Positions 21,991-33,880 of a stretch of 64,000 nucleotides of DNA are shown one piece after another (within the stretch, counting starts at the first letter, position 1; each line of letters begins with the position of its first letter). The position numbers and the translations under genes are program-made. This stretch comes from Oikopleura dioica (taxonomy: Eukaryota > Animalia > Chordata), in contig OU015567.1 of the NCBI GenBank assembly GCA_907165135.1, positions 3,224,001 through 3,288,000 of the forward strand, given 5' to 3'. Below the pieces are notes generated by a model. It was not told where the DNA came from and made no database searches. It was given only the letters and a program-made list of their open reading frames with translations.

Positions 21991-23648
21991 ATGAAGTTTT
22001 TCAGCAGTTTGCTTGCATTTTCGCAGGCATATCTTGTCGACGACATTCCAGAGCCGAATGAAGAGCTGAATGTTTACGCCCTTCCAATGGGCCACGGAGA
22101 TGGCACGATCATCCAATGTCCTGGTGGACCGGACGGATCGGGCGGAGAACTGAGCATTTTTGACCTTGGAACGATTGTGAAGTACTACGAGTGGTGGGAT
22201 GTTGTCAAATTTCTCGGCGATTATCCGATCAGGTCTTGAAAAAAACCAAAAGAGGGGGTATAATTTTTTCCTCAGATACATGTTTCTGACTCACGCCGAC
22301 GAGACCCACGTGAGCTTTTTCCCAAAAGTCTTCCCGACTGACCAAGCTGAGACAGAATCCTACCCGAATCTCTCTCAACTGCAGCAGATCTACCATACTT
22401 GTCCCTTTGACAATTACTCTTTCGGTTCTTGCAATTCTTGCCCTCAAGATACATCAGTCATGGACTGGCTTGAAGACAACAAGGAAAAGACATTCATGAT
22501 CAACGAAGGCGAAGCCTGTGGAACTGCAGCTTGTCTTGCTAACGGAGGTGATTTGAAGAAGTGCACTTGCTCAGGAACTGATCTGATATCTTTTGAGCAT
22601 TAATTTTGCTCTGAATAATTTTTAATCAACACGAAAGATGATAGAGGAATCTCCCTCTGTCCTGGCCATCTCGATATAAAATTGGATTTTGTGGCAGCAA
22701 ATTTAAATAATTGCGAACGGGATAGATTTGGGCAACTTAATTCCGATAAGGTAAGAACCACGATGATGATTTTTTCTGAGAAAAATAAAAGGACAGTCTT
22801 GTTGCAAAACTCTCCTGGAATGATTTCTCAATGATGCTGATGGGAGACAACAAAAGCCCCGATCAAGAGCGAGTTGTTGACTTCTATGATTCGATCGATC
22901 CCGGCTACCTTAGTTCTACTGTTCTCAAACTCTCACATCATGGAAGCCTCTACGGAACGACCTTGGATTTGGTCGACGCTGTTCAGCCAGAGGTTGCATT
23001 TTTCAGCGCAGGGAAGAGGTTTTGATAATAATTTCAATTGAATTAAATTTATAATTTATTAAATTTTTTTATTTGATTACGATCGTCACTTCTTAGAGTC
23101 TATCAGTAGTAAGGTGTTTCATTCAATTGTAGAGTTGAATATAAGATTATCAGGTTTTTGAAAATTACCATAATCTGGTTTCTTTATCAGATATTAAATC
23201 TCTAGAAAGCTCACTTGAATCAAGATTGGAGCTCTGGAGAATGCGCGACATTTCAAAAGGTCAAGGACTCACTCCGTAAATACGATTCCTCTTCTTCTGA
23301 CAAGCAGTATATCCAGGTGACTCTACATTTATTCAGAATGAAGAGAAAACTGAACTTCCCTAGGATGAAATAATCTGCTACGATGCTTGGGCACCTGATT
23401 TGCCTGACGACCAGCCGATCCGAACCAGAGAAAACACCGATGGCCTTGCTTATTACAGCACTACCTACGGCTCGCGTTTCGTGAACCAGGATACCCACAA
23501 TCCTGCCGGGCTCTACACCTGGCCATGCATTATCAATAGACTTGATTTGAGCACTGATGGAACTTCCGAGGGCACTCACATGACACCAAGAGGTCAAGGT
23601 GAAATGCCTTTCCCGCCTTGTTCGAAGCCTGATTTTTGGAATCCGTGA
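21991..23648 (+). CDS. Secreted ComEC/Rec2-type metallo-beta-lactamase-fold protein
   Basis: Signal peptide, then VYALPMGHGDGTIIQCP, IFDLG, FLTHADETH, SLVAKL, MLMGD, VLKLSHHGS, VQPEVAFFSAG in the order typical of the ComEC C-terminal domain; spliceosomal introns. Confidence 0.8.
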
Positions 23649-23701
23649 ATAAAATGCTTTCGACCAAAGAACTAAATCTCGGTTTAATCATTTATTTTTA
23701 T

Positions 23702-26700
23702 CTAAGAAGACAAAATATTTTGATATCTTGCAAGCCAGTAAGGAAGCAAATACCAGGGTTCGGTAATTTGAGCTCAAGCTAAAACTCATTTTGGCTGGAC
23801 GCTCAAATTTCCTCAAATTGAGAACTCAGAGTGACTTGAGAAATCATTTTGAGAAGATTTGACAGTTTTGAGAGTTTTGAGTTTTTGGGAGATTTGAGAG
23901 TTTTGAGTTTTCAAAACTCAAATTAAGCGAGCGCTTCCTTGATTGGCTCATGGATCGCCAGAATTGATTTTCACGCGAGCTCTCAACTCTGAGTTCTCAA
24001 AACTCAAATTAAAAAACGTGAGTCTCAAGCTTTGTTTCCTTGAGTTTTAGCGTGAGCTCAAATTACCGAACCCTGGCAAATACACAGTTCCCGGGAATTC
24101 AAAGTTCTGACCGTTACTGGGTCCATACATAAATGGGTCCTTGTTCCATTGCAGATATGCTTGCTCGTCTTTTGGGATGGGAATTGTCACGTGGGTTCCA
24201 AAGTTTCCTCGTCGATCTGAAAAAATGAAATCGCAGCGTTGAGATGAAAATTACCTTCTTGTGGATCAAGATACATGTCTTTTCTGTTACTTCCCGGAGT
24301 CGCGTCGTAATCCCAGGTGACTTGAGAAATCGGAATCCTGGTCAAGTCCTTGATCAGAATATCTCTTGTGAATTTCTTATCAGTGTCCGATAGATCGTCT
24401 CCTAGAAACGAAAGAGCGACGCCAGCAAAAACGGAATTTTCGGAGAAGCTGACGTGCTTCCAGGTCTTGTAGATAGAATTTTTAAAGACAGTAATTGTCT
24501 CTTTATCTAAAAAAATCTTAAGAGACAGGAAACTTTAAAGAACAAACCAAGGCTAGAAAGATGCTCGTTCTTCAAAACAGTGAAGTAGAACAAGTAATAA
24601 GCGAGAAACTGCTGCTCATCGTCACTGTAATTATCCTCGCTTGCTGCCTGTAATTTTACGTTTCCAAGGTTTCGCTTGTAGTCCATTTTGTTGTAGAGGT
24701 AGTCAAAATGCGACATGTAGTTATTCTTTGCTGTCATTCCATATTTTTTCGTGAGAACTTCTGCTCCAGCGAGGTAGGTTAAGATTTGTAAGGAGTTGAG
24801 GCCTCGCTCAGAATATCGGTCCATGTCGAAGTTGACTGAGTACGGGTCCCAATGACCCCAGCGAGTCGGGATCCCATCGTAATCCGGCATTGTGTAACTT
24901 TTTGGTGATTTTCAGAAAACAGGCTGATCATCAGTTGATTTTTTGTAAATTCACCCTAATCATGAGCTTATCGTCAATTTAATTATTGGCCATATTCAAA
25001 TGTATTGAAAAATTTTATATTTGATAAAAATTTAATTTGTTTATGGTTTATATTTTTATTAAATCCTTTCCCATTCTCCACTATTCTGTCCAAAACGTCC
25101 AAGAACAACTGAATCGCTTCAATTTTCTCATCGTTGTCAGCAACAAGTTCAGCAAAGATCGGATACATGAACATATGACCAATAATGCTATCCTGGCTAA
25201 TTGTTGATTTCCACCAAAGCTGGTCACATTGATCACACGGAATCTCATTTGCTTCCCATTTCTGCCAAATTGAGCTTTCTTGTGTCGTCGAGACTGCCCG
25301 AGCAATGAGCCCGGAATGACCAGTCACGTGCTGCAATAATCTTGTTCCATTGAACATCTTGTATGCATTCGTTTTCGCTCGCTCATCTCCAGTAACAGAA
25401 AATCTAAAGCATTCAGCAGCAAGAAGCATTGACGTCCAAAGACTATCATTGTCATTTGCACTTTGAGAAAAGTTTTTCTCCGGATTTCCGAACTCTGGGA
25501 AGCTGATCTGCGAAACGAGCCCGTTCATTGGATGGTCGACTCCGAGATTTCGCTGACCGTGGCGGCCAGAATTGTAAACTTCAAGCACCTGATCAGATTT
25601 GTCCGCAAATGATTGCGAAGTATTCCTCGTAATCCAGCTCAGACCGTCCTGAGTTCTGACAAATGCGCCGGGATTATTCCCGTTCAAGACATTTAACTGC
25701 TCTACTTCATTTCCAACTAACCAGCGATAACCTTCAAGCACTCTCCAAGGGGATTGACTTCCATCTTCGAGATAAAAAACACCCGATTTGGTACCAACGA
25801 ACGCAACGATTCCAGCATCTTCGAGAGTTCTAGCCTCCAAGCTCTAGAAATGTATTTAATTTATTCGGTCTTAGATCCTCGTACCTTTTCTGTTTGTTTC
25901 TGTCCCCAATCAACAACTCCCAATGCAGTTGCATTTCCGAAAGGAACTCCTTGTTTTGTACTTCCCATTCTCCACCAAGTCCCGTCTTCATATCGAATAT
26001 TCACTGATGCGACATCGACAGACATGATCTTGGCAAGAGAGTCGGTATAATTTCCGCCCGCGATTTGAAAATCAAAGTCCGTGATGACTCCGTCTGTTAC
26101 TTGCAAAGTCCAATCCCAGTTCCAGTTGAATTGGTACTCGACATTTTCTCCAGAAAGAAGTTCTCCGAGCCAGAAGTATGTGGTGTTGAAGCCTTGATCC
26201 GTTGACATATGAAAGTAGACTTTTCCGGTGTCTTCGTCATCCTGGCTCTTCAGAACGGCCGCTACAAAGGATAAAGATCTTTAGATTGTTAGCATGAGCT
26301 CACTTGTTATTGGCATAAAGAATTCATTAATAATGTAAGGCTCAGTCATCCTCAAGTTGTAATAGAAAAGTCTTCGGGAACTCGCCAAAAAGACGATTTG
26401 TGGAGAAATTTGCGCGATTGAAATGATGTCAGGGTCTTCGAAAACATATGAAGTCGAAAAAAGCGGCTGGAAAAGGGTGTCGTCAATAAGCCATTGATCG
26501 ATCTGAAACTGTGCGTTTCCAGGGCAAACTCGAGTGACCACGCGCTGCGGAGTTCCACTGGTGTCGATGGCTGAGCCGGCGTCTATGAGACATCCAGGGG
26601 AGTTGTTAACATCCCCGGTTTGAAGACGAAGCTTGGTGAAGTTCGCCGGAGAGTCGGAAAGCCAAAGCCAGAATGTCTCAGCGGAAGAAGAAGTATCGCG

Positions 26701-26914
26701 AAAAATGACGGCATCGTCGTCGATTTTCACCATTTGAGAGGTCTTGGAGAAAGGAGTGACAGGGATGTTGAGTTGTCGCGAGTTCCCATCGGGAAATCGG
26801 ATTTTATCGCTAAACACGATGAGATTTTTTCACAGCCTATTTGTACCTGTAAAGCTGAGTAAATGTCTCCTGGGAGAAAACAAAGGGCAGAAATGCCCAA
26901 AAGTAGCCTAACAT
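23702..26914 (-). CDS. Secreted bacterial-type propeller + six-hairpin (alpha/alpha)6 glycosidase-like protein; C-terminus interrupted by a MITE
   Basis: Signal MLGYFWAFLPFVFS at 26914. Motifs GYRWL..V..L, DNDSLWTSMLLAAECFRFSVTGD, TISQDSIIGH, PTRWGHW, ERGLNSLQILTYL, DNYSDDEQQFLAYY, WNKDPF, and (after removing the MITE) VYLLPYWLARY..*. Confidence 0.75.
23754..24075. mobile_element. hAT-type MITE, 322 bp
   Basis: TIR CAGGGTTCGGTAATTTGAGCTCA at both ends; 8-bp TSD GCAAATAC at 23746-23753 and 24076-24083; internal GAG(A/T)TTT / CTCAAA repeats. Confidence 0.92.
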
Positions 26915-27023
26915 CTCTCAAGAATGGAAAATCAACAAAAAATTTCTGAAGGTGCACCGGGGCAGATGTCGGCTTCTCATCGAATATCTTAACAACAAGT
27001 AAATAGCCTTTATTGAAAGAAAA

Positions 27024-28221
27024 ATGAGAGTTATTCACTGCTTTCTTACGATTTGCTTTGGTTTTCCCGACGATTGCATGTAAGTTGATTAGGTTTTCTT
27101 CTTTTCAAATAGGTGATTTAATAATTTTGATAGAGACGCTGATTTATACGAAGAATGCGAGGCAAAATGTCGACTGGAGTACTCGAGCTGTCGGCGTCTT
27201 TGCGAGACTGAATATTGCCTCGATATTTGCAACGATATCTTCGAAATTTGTTTAAAATCTTGCCCTTGTGGTGAGTTTTGCCCAGATGGTTGCGCTGGTT
27301 GCGAAAACAAAATATGTCCGGTTCCGACAACTACTCAAGAAAAAACAACGACAACTGCAGAACCTCGGATCTGGTTCGAAAATTATGAGGAGGAATTGAC
27401 CATGGAAGGAGCTCAGATGTTTTGCGAGGATCAAGGCGGAAACCTCGCTTTCTTCAAGTCGCAAGAGGAGTACGATCAGTATCTTAGTGAGCTCCCAACA
27501 TTCCGCCAAGAGCACTTTGGCTATCGACAAGTTATTTGGAACTCCGAAAATGATTATTTTTACCGGAATACTGACGGAACCAACTCAACATTCGACTTAT
27601 TCTCAACTGGTCGCTCGCCAGGAAGAGAATTGTGTTTGTTTCACGATTCTCCTGGCATCTGGTCATCTGGCCACTGGTATGCAAGAATTTAAAAAATAGT
27701 CTAGCAGGCTATTGTAGCTACACGAACAGGCCCTTTTCATGCAGATTCGAAGAAGGCTCTGCAGCGGCTCCTTTATCTTCGAAGCCGAAAGCTGTCAATT
27801 TCGTGCCACAAAAGGAAAAAGCAAGCATGGAACTCGCTGAGTTTAGGGTAAATTAAGCTTCAGCGACAGTTTTTTAGCGTTTAGTGTAATCAACAAGGAG
27901 GTCACTTGGCATATTTTGACACAGAAGAAGAATGGAAGGAATTCAAGAGATTATCAGCTGGGTTGATTTCTGAATTCATCGGTTAGTTTTGATTCGAAAA
28001 AGATTTACAGAACAGTTTTTGAAGGAGTTCGTGAGGGGAAAAACAACATGCTGTATTCAACTGTTTCCGGAAATCGAGAATCTTTCCTCAAATGGTTCCC
28101 TGGTGAGCCGAATACTCAAACTATGCCGTGCGTTATCATCAATTACGGGCTTCCGGGGCAACTTGCAGATGTTCATTGCTACTCAGAGTACCATTATACC
28201 TGCAGATTTGAAATAAACTAA
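27024..28221 (+). CDS. Secreted protein: Cys-rich module, Thr linker, two C-type lectin domains
   Basis: MRVIHCFLTICFG signal; CEAKCRLEYSSCRRLC..CLKSCPCGEFCPDGCAGCENKICP; CTL1 FCEDQGGNLAFF; CTL2 CNQQGGHLAYF..WFPGEPN..CVII..LADVHC..YTCRF* (EPN motif). Confidence 0.75.
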
Positions 28222-28412
28222 AGAAAACTTCTTACAACAATCGAATTCAATTCAAAATAAAGCAAAGATTTCCAAGTATCAGAGCGTGAAATTTTCCAAC
28301 ATGAAAAAATCCTTAGAACACGACCACAGACCCGCTCTTTTCTTGGCGACGAAACAAGGCGAGTTCATTTCATTAATCATTTCTGAAAAACTCGTAAATC
28401 AAAGTGAAAAAA

Positions 28413-29183
28413 ATGATTGATTTATTGACATTTTTCTTATTGTTTTTGAACGCTAGAGCAAAAATATGCGGACAAGGAGTTGGGCAAAATGGAACGCTTC
28501 AAGCAATAAATACTCTTTCTCCCGGGGAGTTTTGTGTTTTCAAGGTATTTCCAGAGACTCAGAGGAAAATCAGCTTTCTGAACATACAATTGATGGATGA
28601 TAGTGGGATGAGTGTACCATGTGATGTCGGAAAGGCGTTTCTTCTGACGAAGAAGGAAAAAATTGGGCCGTTTTGTCCAAAGTCTGACTCAGGTATCAAT
28701 TTTCTATTTGACTATGCTGATTGTCTTCTAGACAAAAATCGCCATCGACGAGAAATAACCGATGATCTGATCGCTATTGGTGGCGATGAAATCGACGTCG
28801 TTTATTCCATCGGCGACGCTGGCAAAGATCTCAAGCTAAAATTTCTCTTCGAATGGGAAATCGTCGACAAAAACTGCTCCGCACATGATTTTATAAAATC
28901 AGCAAGAGAAGTTTCTTTCGGCTTCGAGAGAAATGAGCGATCGCGAATCGGTCAAATTCTGGATCATCTCTCCGGGGCAGAAAGATCAAGAAAGTGCTCA
29001 GAAATTCGCAATGAGGTAAGTTGCTCAGATCTTAACAAAATACAGGAAAAACCGGACTTGGAAGACTTTCTCGACGCCCTGGATAAGTCTGCTTCGCAGA
29101 TCCTTGAGAAATGCACAGATGCATTCCGAGAATTGATTTCAAAAGGGATCCAGGCAATCAAACCCATCAAGACAAAGATATGA
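28413..29183 (+). CDS. Secreted protein with an N-terminal CUB-like domain
   Basis: Single long ORF; signal MIDLLTFFLLFLNARA; C..G....NGTL....PGEFCVFKV..C..GPFC spacing. Confidence 0.55.
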   Translation: MIDLLTFFLLFLNARAKICGQGVGQNGTLQAINTLSPGEFCVFKVFPETQRKISFLNIQLMDDSGMSVPCDVGKAFLLTKKEKIGPFCPKSDSGINFLFDYADCLLDKNRHRREITDDLIAIGGDEIDVVYSIGDAGKDLKLKFLFEWEIVDKNCSAHDFIKSAREVSFGFERNERSRIGQILDHLSGAERSRKCSEIRNEVSCSDLNKIQEKPDLEDFLDALDKSASQILEKCTDAFRELISKGIQAIKPIKTKI

Positions 29184-30083
29184 AAGTTTTCAAATTTATT
29201 CAAAAATGGCAAAATCGTGGTCTCTCTTTACCCCCTCGTACAAGATCAACTCCATCAATTTGCAGGCTATCGTATTGTCTCCAATAGGTTCGATTCTTAG
29301 GATATCTTGCCAGAATGAACACTCATCTGGATCAAAACGTAAGTTGTCGGATCTTCCAAGGACTAGAAATTTGTCAAAAATTATACCTTACTCGGCCTAA
29401 CCTGATAAATGAAGAATCGAAAATGACTTCATGGCACTTTTCTTTATCTCTCAATAATATTATAAGGGCTGCGTATAATTTTCATTTATACAGGTGTGCC
29501 TACAACGTATCGACTGAATATCAATATGCTTCTCAATAATTCATTGGCTTAGTGCTCTCGATTCAAGATAATGTACCTTCCTGTTAATAAGAAAACATTG
29601 TTTTACCCGATTTTGACCTAGTATCGATGCAAGTTTATTCTCAAATGCAGAAAAAACATCTTTATTCAAAAATGACAAAATCGTAGTCTTTGTTAATTTT
29701 GTCGTGTAGGATCATTTCTATCAGTTTACAGGCTCTTCTGTTATTGCCGATATTGTTCACCTTGAGAACACTTTGCCAGTATGAGCATTCATCATGAACA
29801 AAAAGCAAATTGTCGGAATTTCCAATGACTTAAAAATGGACAACCTTAGAAGAAGGTATTATACCATGTTTCTACCTGAAATGATGAGAAAAATAAATGT
29901 GTTCATTTTAATTTCTCTTTTTTTTCCGAAGCTTTCTTTCCTGATAAAGCTTACTTTATTTGAGTAAATGAGACCAGATTTCGATTAGCCTAAAAATGTT
30001 TGCGAATGAGATCATGATAATATATTTACAAGATGCCTCTGAGGAACACGACAAAGGGGGAACGTTTAACTTGTAAATAACAG

Positions 30084-31520
30084 ATGATTACATATGAGTT
30101 TTTTTCGTTTCCTTTATTCTATATCTTTTCAAAGGAGCCTTCCGTCCAGGATTTCACAACTTATGACTATGAAGACACATTTTACCAATTTGTGAACGAC
30201 AAAGCTCAGGATACAGACTACATCGACATCGTAACAGAGTCACCATTCCTTACGACTGAAAGACCAAAACACATTTGCTCCATGTCAATTTTCGGAAAAT
30301 GCAACGACGAAGAAATGCTCTTCTGCAACTCGCAAATCTTCGAAAACTCCCTGGACAAGAACTGCCCATCGAAGCCCGTAGCAGTTGGCCAATTCATGGC
30401 CATTACCAAGAAGCTACTCGAACAGACGGATTCATGTTCGAAAAAGTTTGTTGGGTGCGACGATTTGCGTCTTGACCCGAATTTGAAAAAGGGGACCGCA
30501 GCTTTTAAGAAAATGAAGCAGATTGTCAAGTCGTTGGAGAAGAGATGCGGGGTCGAGATTGATGGAATGAGCGAGCTTTGGGACAGCATGAAGTGCAAGG
30601 GCGAAAGCGGCTCGATCGAGGACGGCCTATCTTCGCTTTCCCGATCTCTTAAAACTCCCGAAAAACTCTGCGGTTTGAAACAGTATGCTTCCCGCAACAT
30701 CGAGCCCTTCAAAAATCGTCTTTTCTCCTCATCGAACCCCGACCGCGCTCTTGACGGATTTCGAATTCTCGCTGAATTTATTTCTCAAGCTCCCAAAAAA
30801 TGCGATTTTCATCGAGCACCTTGTGATTTGACGTACTTTCCGAAGAATGAAAACGTCTGTCAACTTGGGGATAGAGCGATTGAGCTTTTTAAAATGGTTG
30901 AAAAAGAATGCGGAGAAAAAGTAGAAGCAGATTACGGAAATGTCTTGAAGAATTTCAAAGAAGACTTCAAGATCGGGTTTTTGATTCTTTATTGATTCTA
31001 AAAGAGTGTGAAAGCAAAAACCCTGAAAAGCCAAAGTCCGGAAAATGCCCAAAAACACTAATGTCTTCTTCCGAGCGCTCAAAAATTTCTCAATTCAAGC
31101 AAAACTCAATTTCTGACGAAGATATTCGCCAACTCGTCGTTGGAGAAATCGCTTTTCCTGGCAAAAAATGCTCACTGAATGAGCTTACCGCAGAAATTCC
31201 AAAAATTCAGAAGCATCTTCTCGACAAGAAAAATTCGCTGAAGAAGAGTGTCAAGAAAATTGTCGACAGAGCGGATGAGATTTTAGACTACATGGCCTTT
31301 GCTAATTTTCAGAAGAAATGTTCAGAGGAGGTATTCTATAATCTGCTTCCTTTTCTCATTTTGCATCAATAGATCCGGGTCCCGTGTGAGTTTTTATCGT
31401 CCCCACGAAAACACGAAGAAGTCGCGCGAAGAATCGCAATGCTAAGCCATTACTACAGCCAACATTGTGACAACTACGATTTCGTTGCTCAATATCTTTC
31501 CAATGCTTTCACAAAATAAG
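30084..31520 (+). CDS. Unknown Lys-rich, Cys-punctuated helical protein
   Basis: ORFs 30084-30995 and 30908-31372 join across a short intron; final exon ends ...AQYLSNAFTK*. No family recognised; start uncertain. Confidence 0.55.
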
Positions 31521-31775
31521 GAGCGTTTCTACTGTTCTCATCTCTGACGTATTCTGAAAATGGAATAGAAATAAAAAGTTTTATGATTTTAAGGCCTAGG
31601 AAATGCTTCCTACAGTTTTTTCATGGAAAACTATAAAATCGAGGTCACGGAAAATTGCGTTTCTATAGTTGCGTCAATAAAATTTCCGCAAAATATATAT
31701 TGCTCAACTAATGCTGCCTCATTTTAAAGCAAGCTGGTTTCTCAAGTCTCTCATAAGTCTAAAACAGCAACAGAA

Positions 31776-32365
31776 ATGTCGAACCCTTATTTGTCTGAGA
31801 AAGAAAAAGCCGATCTCGAGCTGCTCAAGCAAGAATTGACGAAAACCACATCCCCTCCAGCATATTCTGATTCTACCAACCAACCCTCAACTTCTCCCCC
31901 AGCTGCTCCTGTTGTTCCAGTTGCACAAGTCATTTCTGAGCCAGTTATTGCACAAGTACCAGTAGTGACTCCGGGGGTCGTAGTCACTCAACCGACTGGT
32001 ATGTGGAAACGGCCATACAATTCATTGAGCTGGTGTGACTCTGAAGTCTGTCTTGCTTTTTGGGCGCAGCCTTGCTATTATGGAAGAGTTCATGCGAAAT
32101 TCGAAGGCGAACAGGCCTGTTTTAGTGCTTGTTGTGCAAGTAAGTACCTAGATGACTTTTCTTCGACACAAAAAATAGAGTAAGAATTGTGCTAATCAAA
32201 CCTCTAGGAAGCTGTTTGCCTTGGTGCTGCTGGCTTCAAATACAAATGAACCTTCATGACAACATAGCTGCGCGAAGGGGAATTCAGCAAGAGACTGGTT
32301 GCTGCGCTCATCTTTACTGCTCTGCTTGTGTTCTTGCTCAGATGTTTTATGAAATCAGCGAATAA
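31776..32365 (+). CDS. PLAC8/cornifelin-family protein
   Basis: VVTQP..W...WCD..VCLAFWAQPCYYGRV, then IAARRGIQQETGCCAHLYCSACVLAQMFYEI*. Confidence 0.8.
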
Positions 32366-32551
32366 AATTATATGCCTCGATTGTCAATGAATAGAATTTC
32401 CAACACTTTAGTGCATTCCAAACAAATAAAACTTAACCGTTTCTAGCGTTACAGTAGAGGTCATGACTTTTCCGTGAAGCAAATTTACTGTCGAGCAAAT
32501 TCTACGCATAGATCTTTATTCTTATTCATTATTGTTGTGAGATCGAAAATA

Positions 32552-32974
32552 ATGTCGAACAGAGTTGATCCTTATCCAGATATCGAAACAGAAAACACCG
32601 ATGAAGTCGTCACAACTCAACCTATTTCTGAGACTTGGACACCTCAAAAAATAATCATTGAATCTTCAAAGACCGAAGAATCGGAAAAGATAGTGGAAGA
32701 AGAAGATATTCCAGTAGCGGGAGAAACAATCGATGAGGAAATTGTCTCAACGAACGAATTCGAGAGCACTGGTTTACCTGATTACTACGAAGAGGTTGAT
32801 GTTGCTGAGTCAGACTATGGATGCTTTCGTGATTGCTGTGTTGATTGTGCTTCTGAAGCAACATTCTGCGAAACCCATGGAATATGGGAGGCGATTGTTG
32901 ACAGCTTATGTGACTGTTTATGTGACTGCTTAGGTGACTGCTTAGATGACTGTTCATGCGAATGCGAAGACTGA
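32552..32974 (+). CDS. Acidic protein with a Cys-rich C-terminal tail
   Basis: Single ORF; Glu-rich body with TTQP motif; tail GCFRDCCVDC...LCDCLCDCLGDCLDDCSCECED*. Confidence 0.65.
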   Translation: MSNRVDPYPDIETENTDEVVTTQPISETWTPQKIIIESSKTEESEKIVEEEDIPVAGETIDEEIVSTNEFESTGLPDYYEEVDVAESDYGCFRDCCVDCASEATFCETHGIWEAIVDSLCDCLCDCLGDCLDDCSCECED

Positions 32975-33880
32975 TACGAATAAAAAAAATATTTTCACGA
33001 TTTTACGCTTTATGAGAATTTCTTATTAATTTTAATATTTTCATGGCTGTTTTGATGGCTATAAATAAACAGTTACATAAATAACGATAAAGTATATCTC
33101 CAGCACTAAATACCTTTCCGCGCATGTCAATCCTCTATAATCTTCTCGTGCCTTATCTGCCGTGCAAAACGTGTGCAACAAGGCGATAAAACAAATTAAT
33201 GACTTCCCGTCTTTCGGGATTAAAAATTAAATCCTGATAACAAACAACGGAGCACAACGTGAATTGAACTTTATCTCCCTTCTTTTTCATAGACTTAAAA
33301 AAAGTTCATCGGGTACGAAAGTTATAACTTAGAGAATATTCTCTAAACACAGTTGACCGAATCAAAAAAAGTAAGAAAAAGAGAGTTTCTAGCATGGCTT
33401 GGCTAAAAAAGGAAAAACTTCAGCAATTTCAAGAAAAAGCGTACTTCAAAAAGGATACGCGACATTTGCACACAACACTGTCGACAAGGTGTAGATCGCT
33501 GGCAAAATAGTTCGTCCGTTCAAGCAACCGAAAACACCCTTCCCGTGCGGGAAAATAGATAACTCGCCTTACTAACGAGAGCTCTCAAACGTCAACAAGA
33601 GCCAAAATCCGCTTTTGCCGAGTTTAGACTCGCTAAGCCACCCTGGAGAGGAGATACGGGAGTTCGAAATTTTGCATGTGTCCTGAAATAGTGCTTAGAA
33701 AGGACAAATTGAAAAGACAGCGATTATGCTCGGCAACCTATGCATATATCTGATTCAGGGTCTCTTTATTTTTGCTCGGCTTTTGATCAAATCTGTTTTG
33801 GGACCCTGACTCAGGTTTTTAAACAGGTTGCCGACCAAGGTGCAGGGAGAACCAAGTAAGATAGAATAAGTTTATTGAAA

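Noticed and set aside
23754-24075. MITE acting as a precisely spliced new intron
   Set aside because: The minus-strand TSD offers a GT, but the element ends in TG and nearby AGs leave 19 or 25 nt, which breaks frame.
31640-32480. AGGTCA nuclear-receptor half-sites upstream of the PLAC8-like and Cys-tail genes
   Set aside because: Short motifs expected by chance; no independent support.
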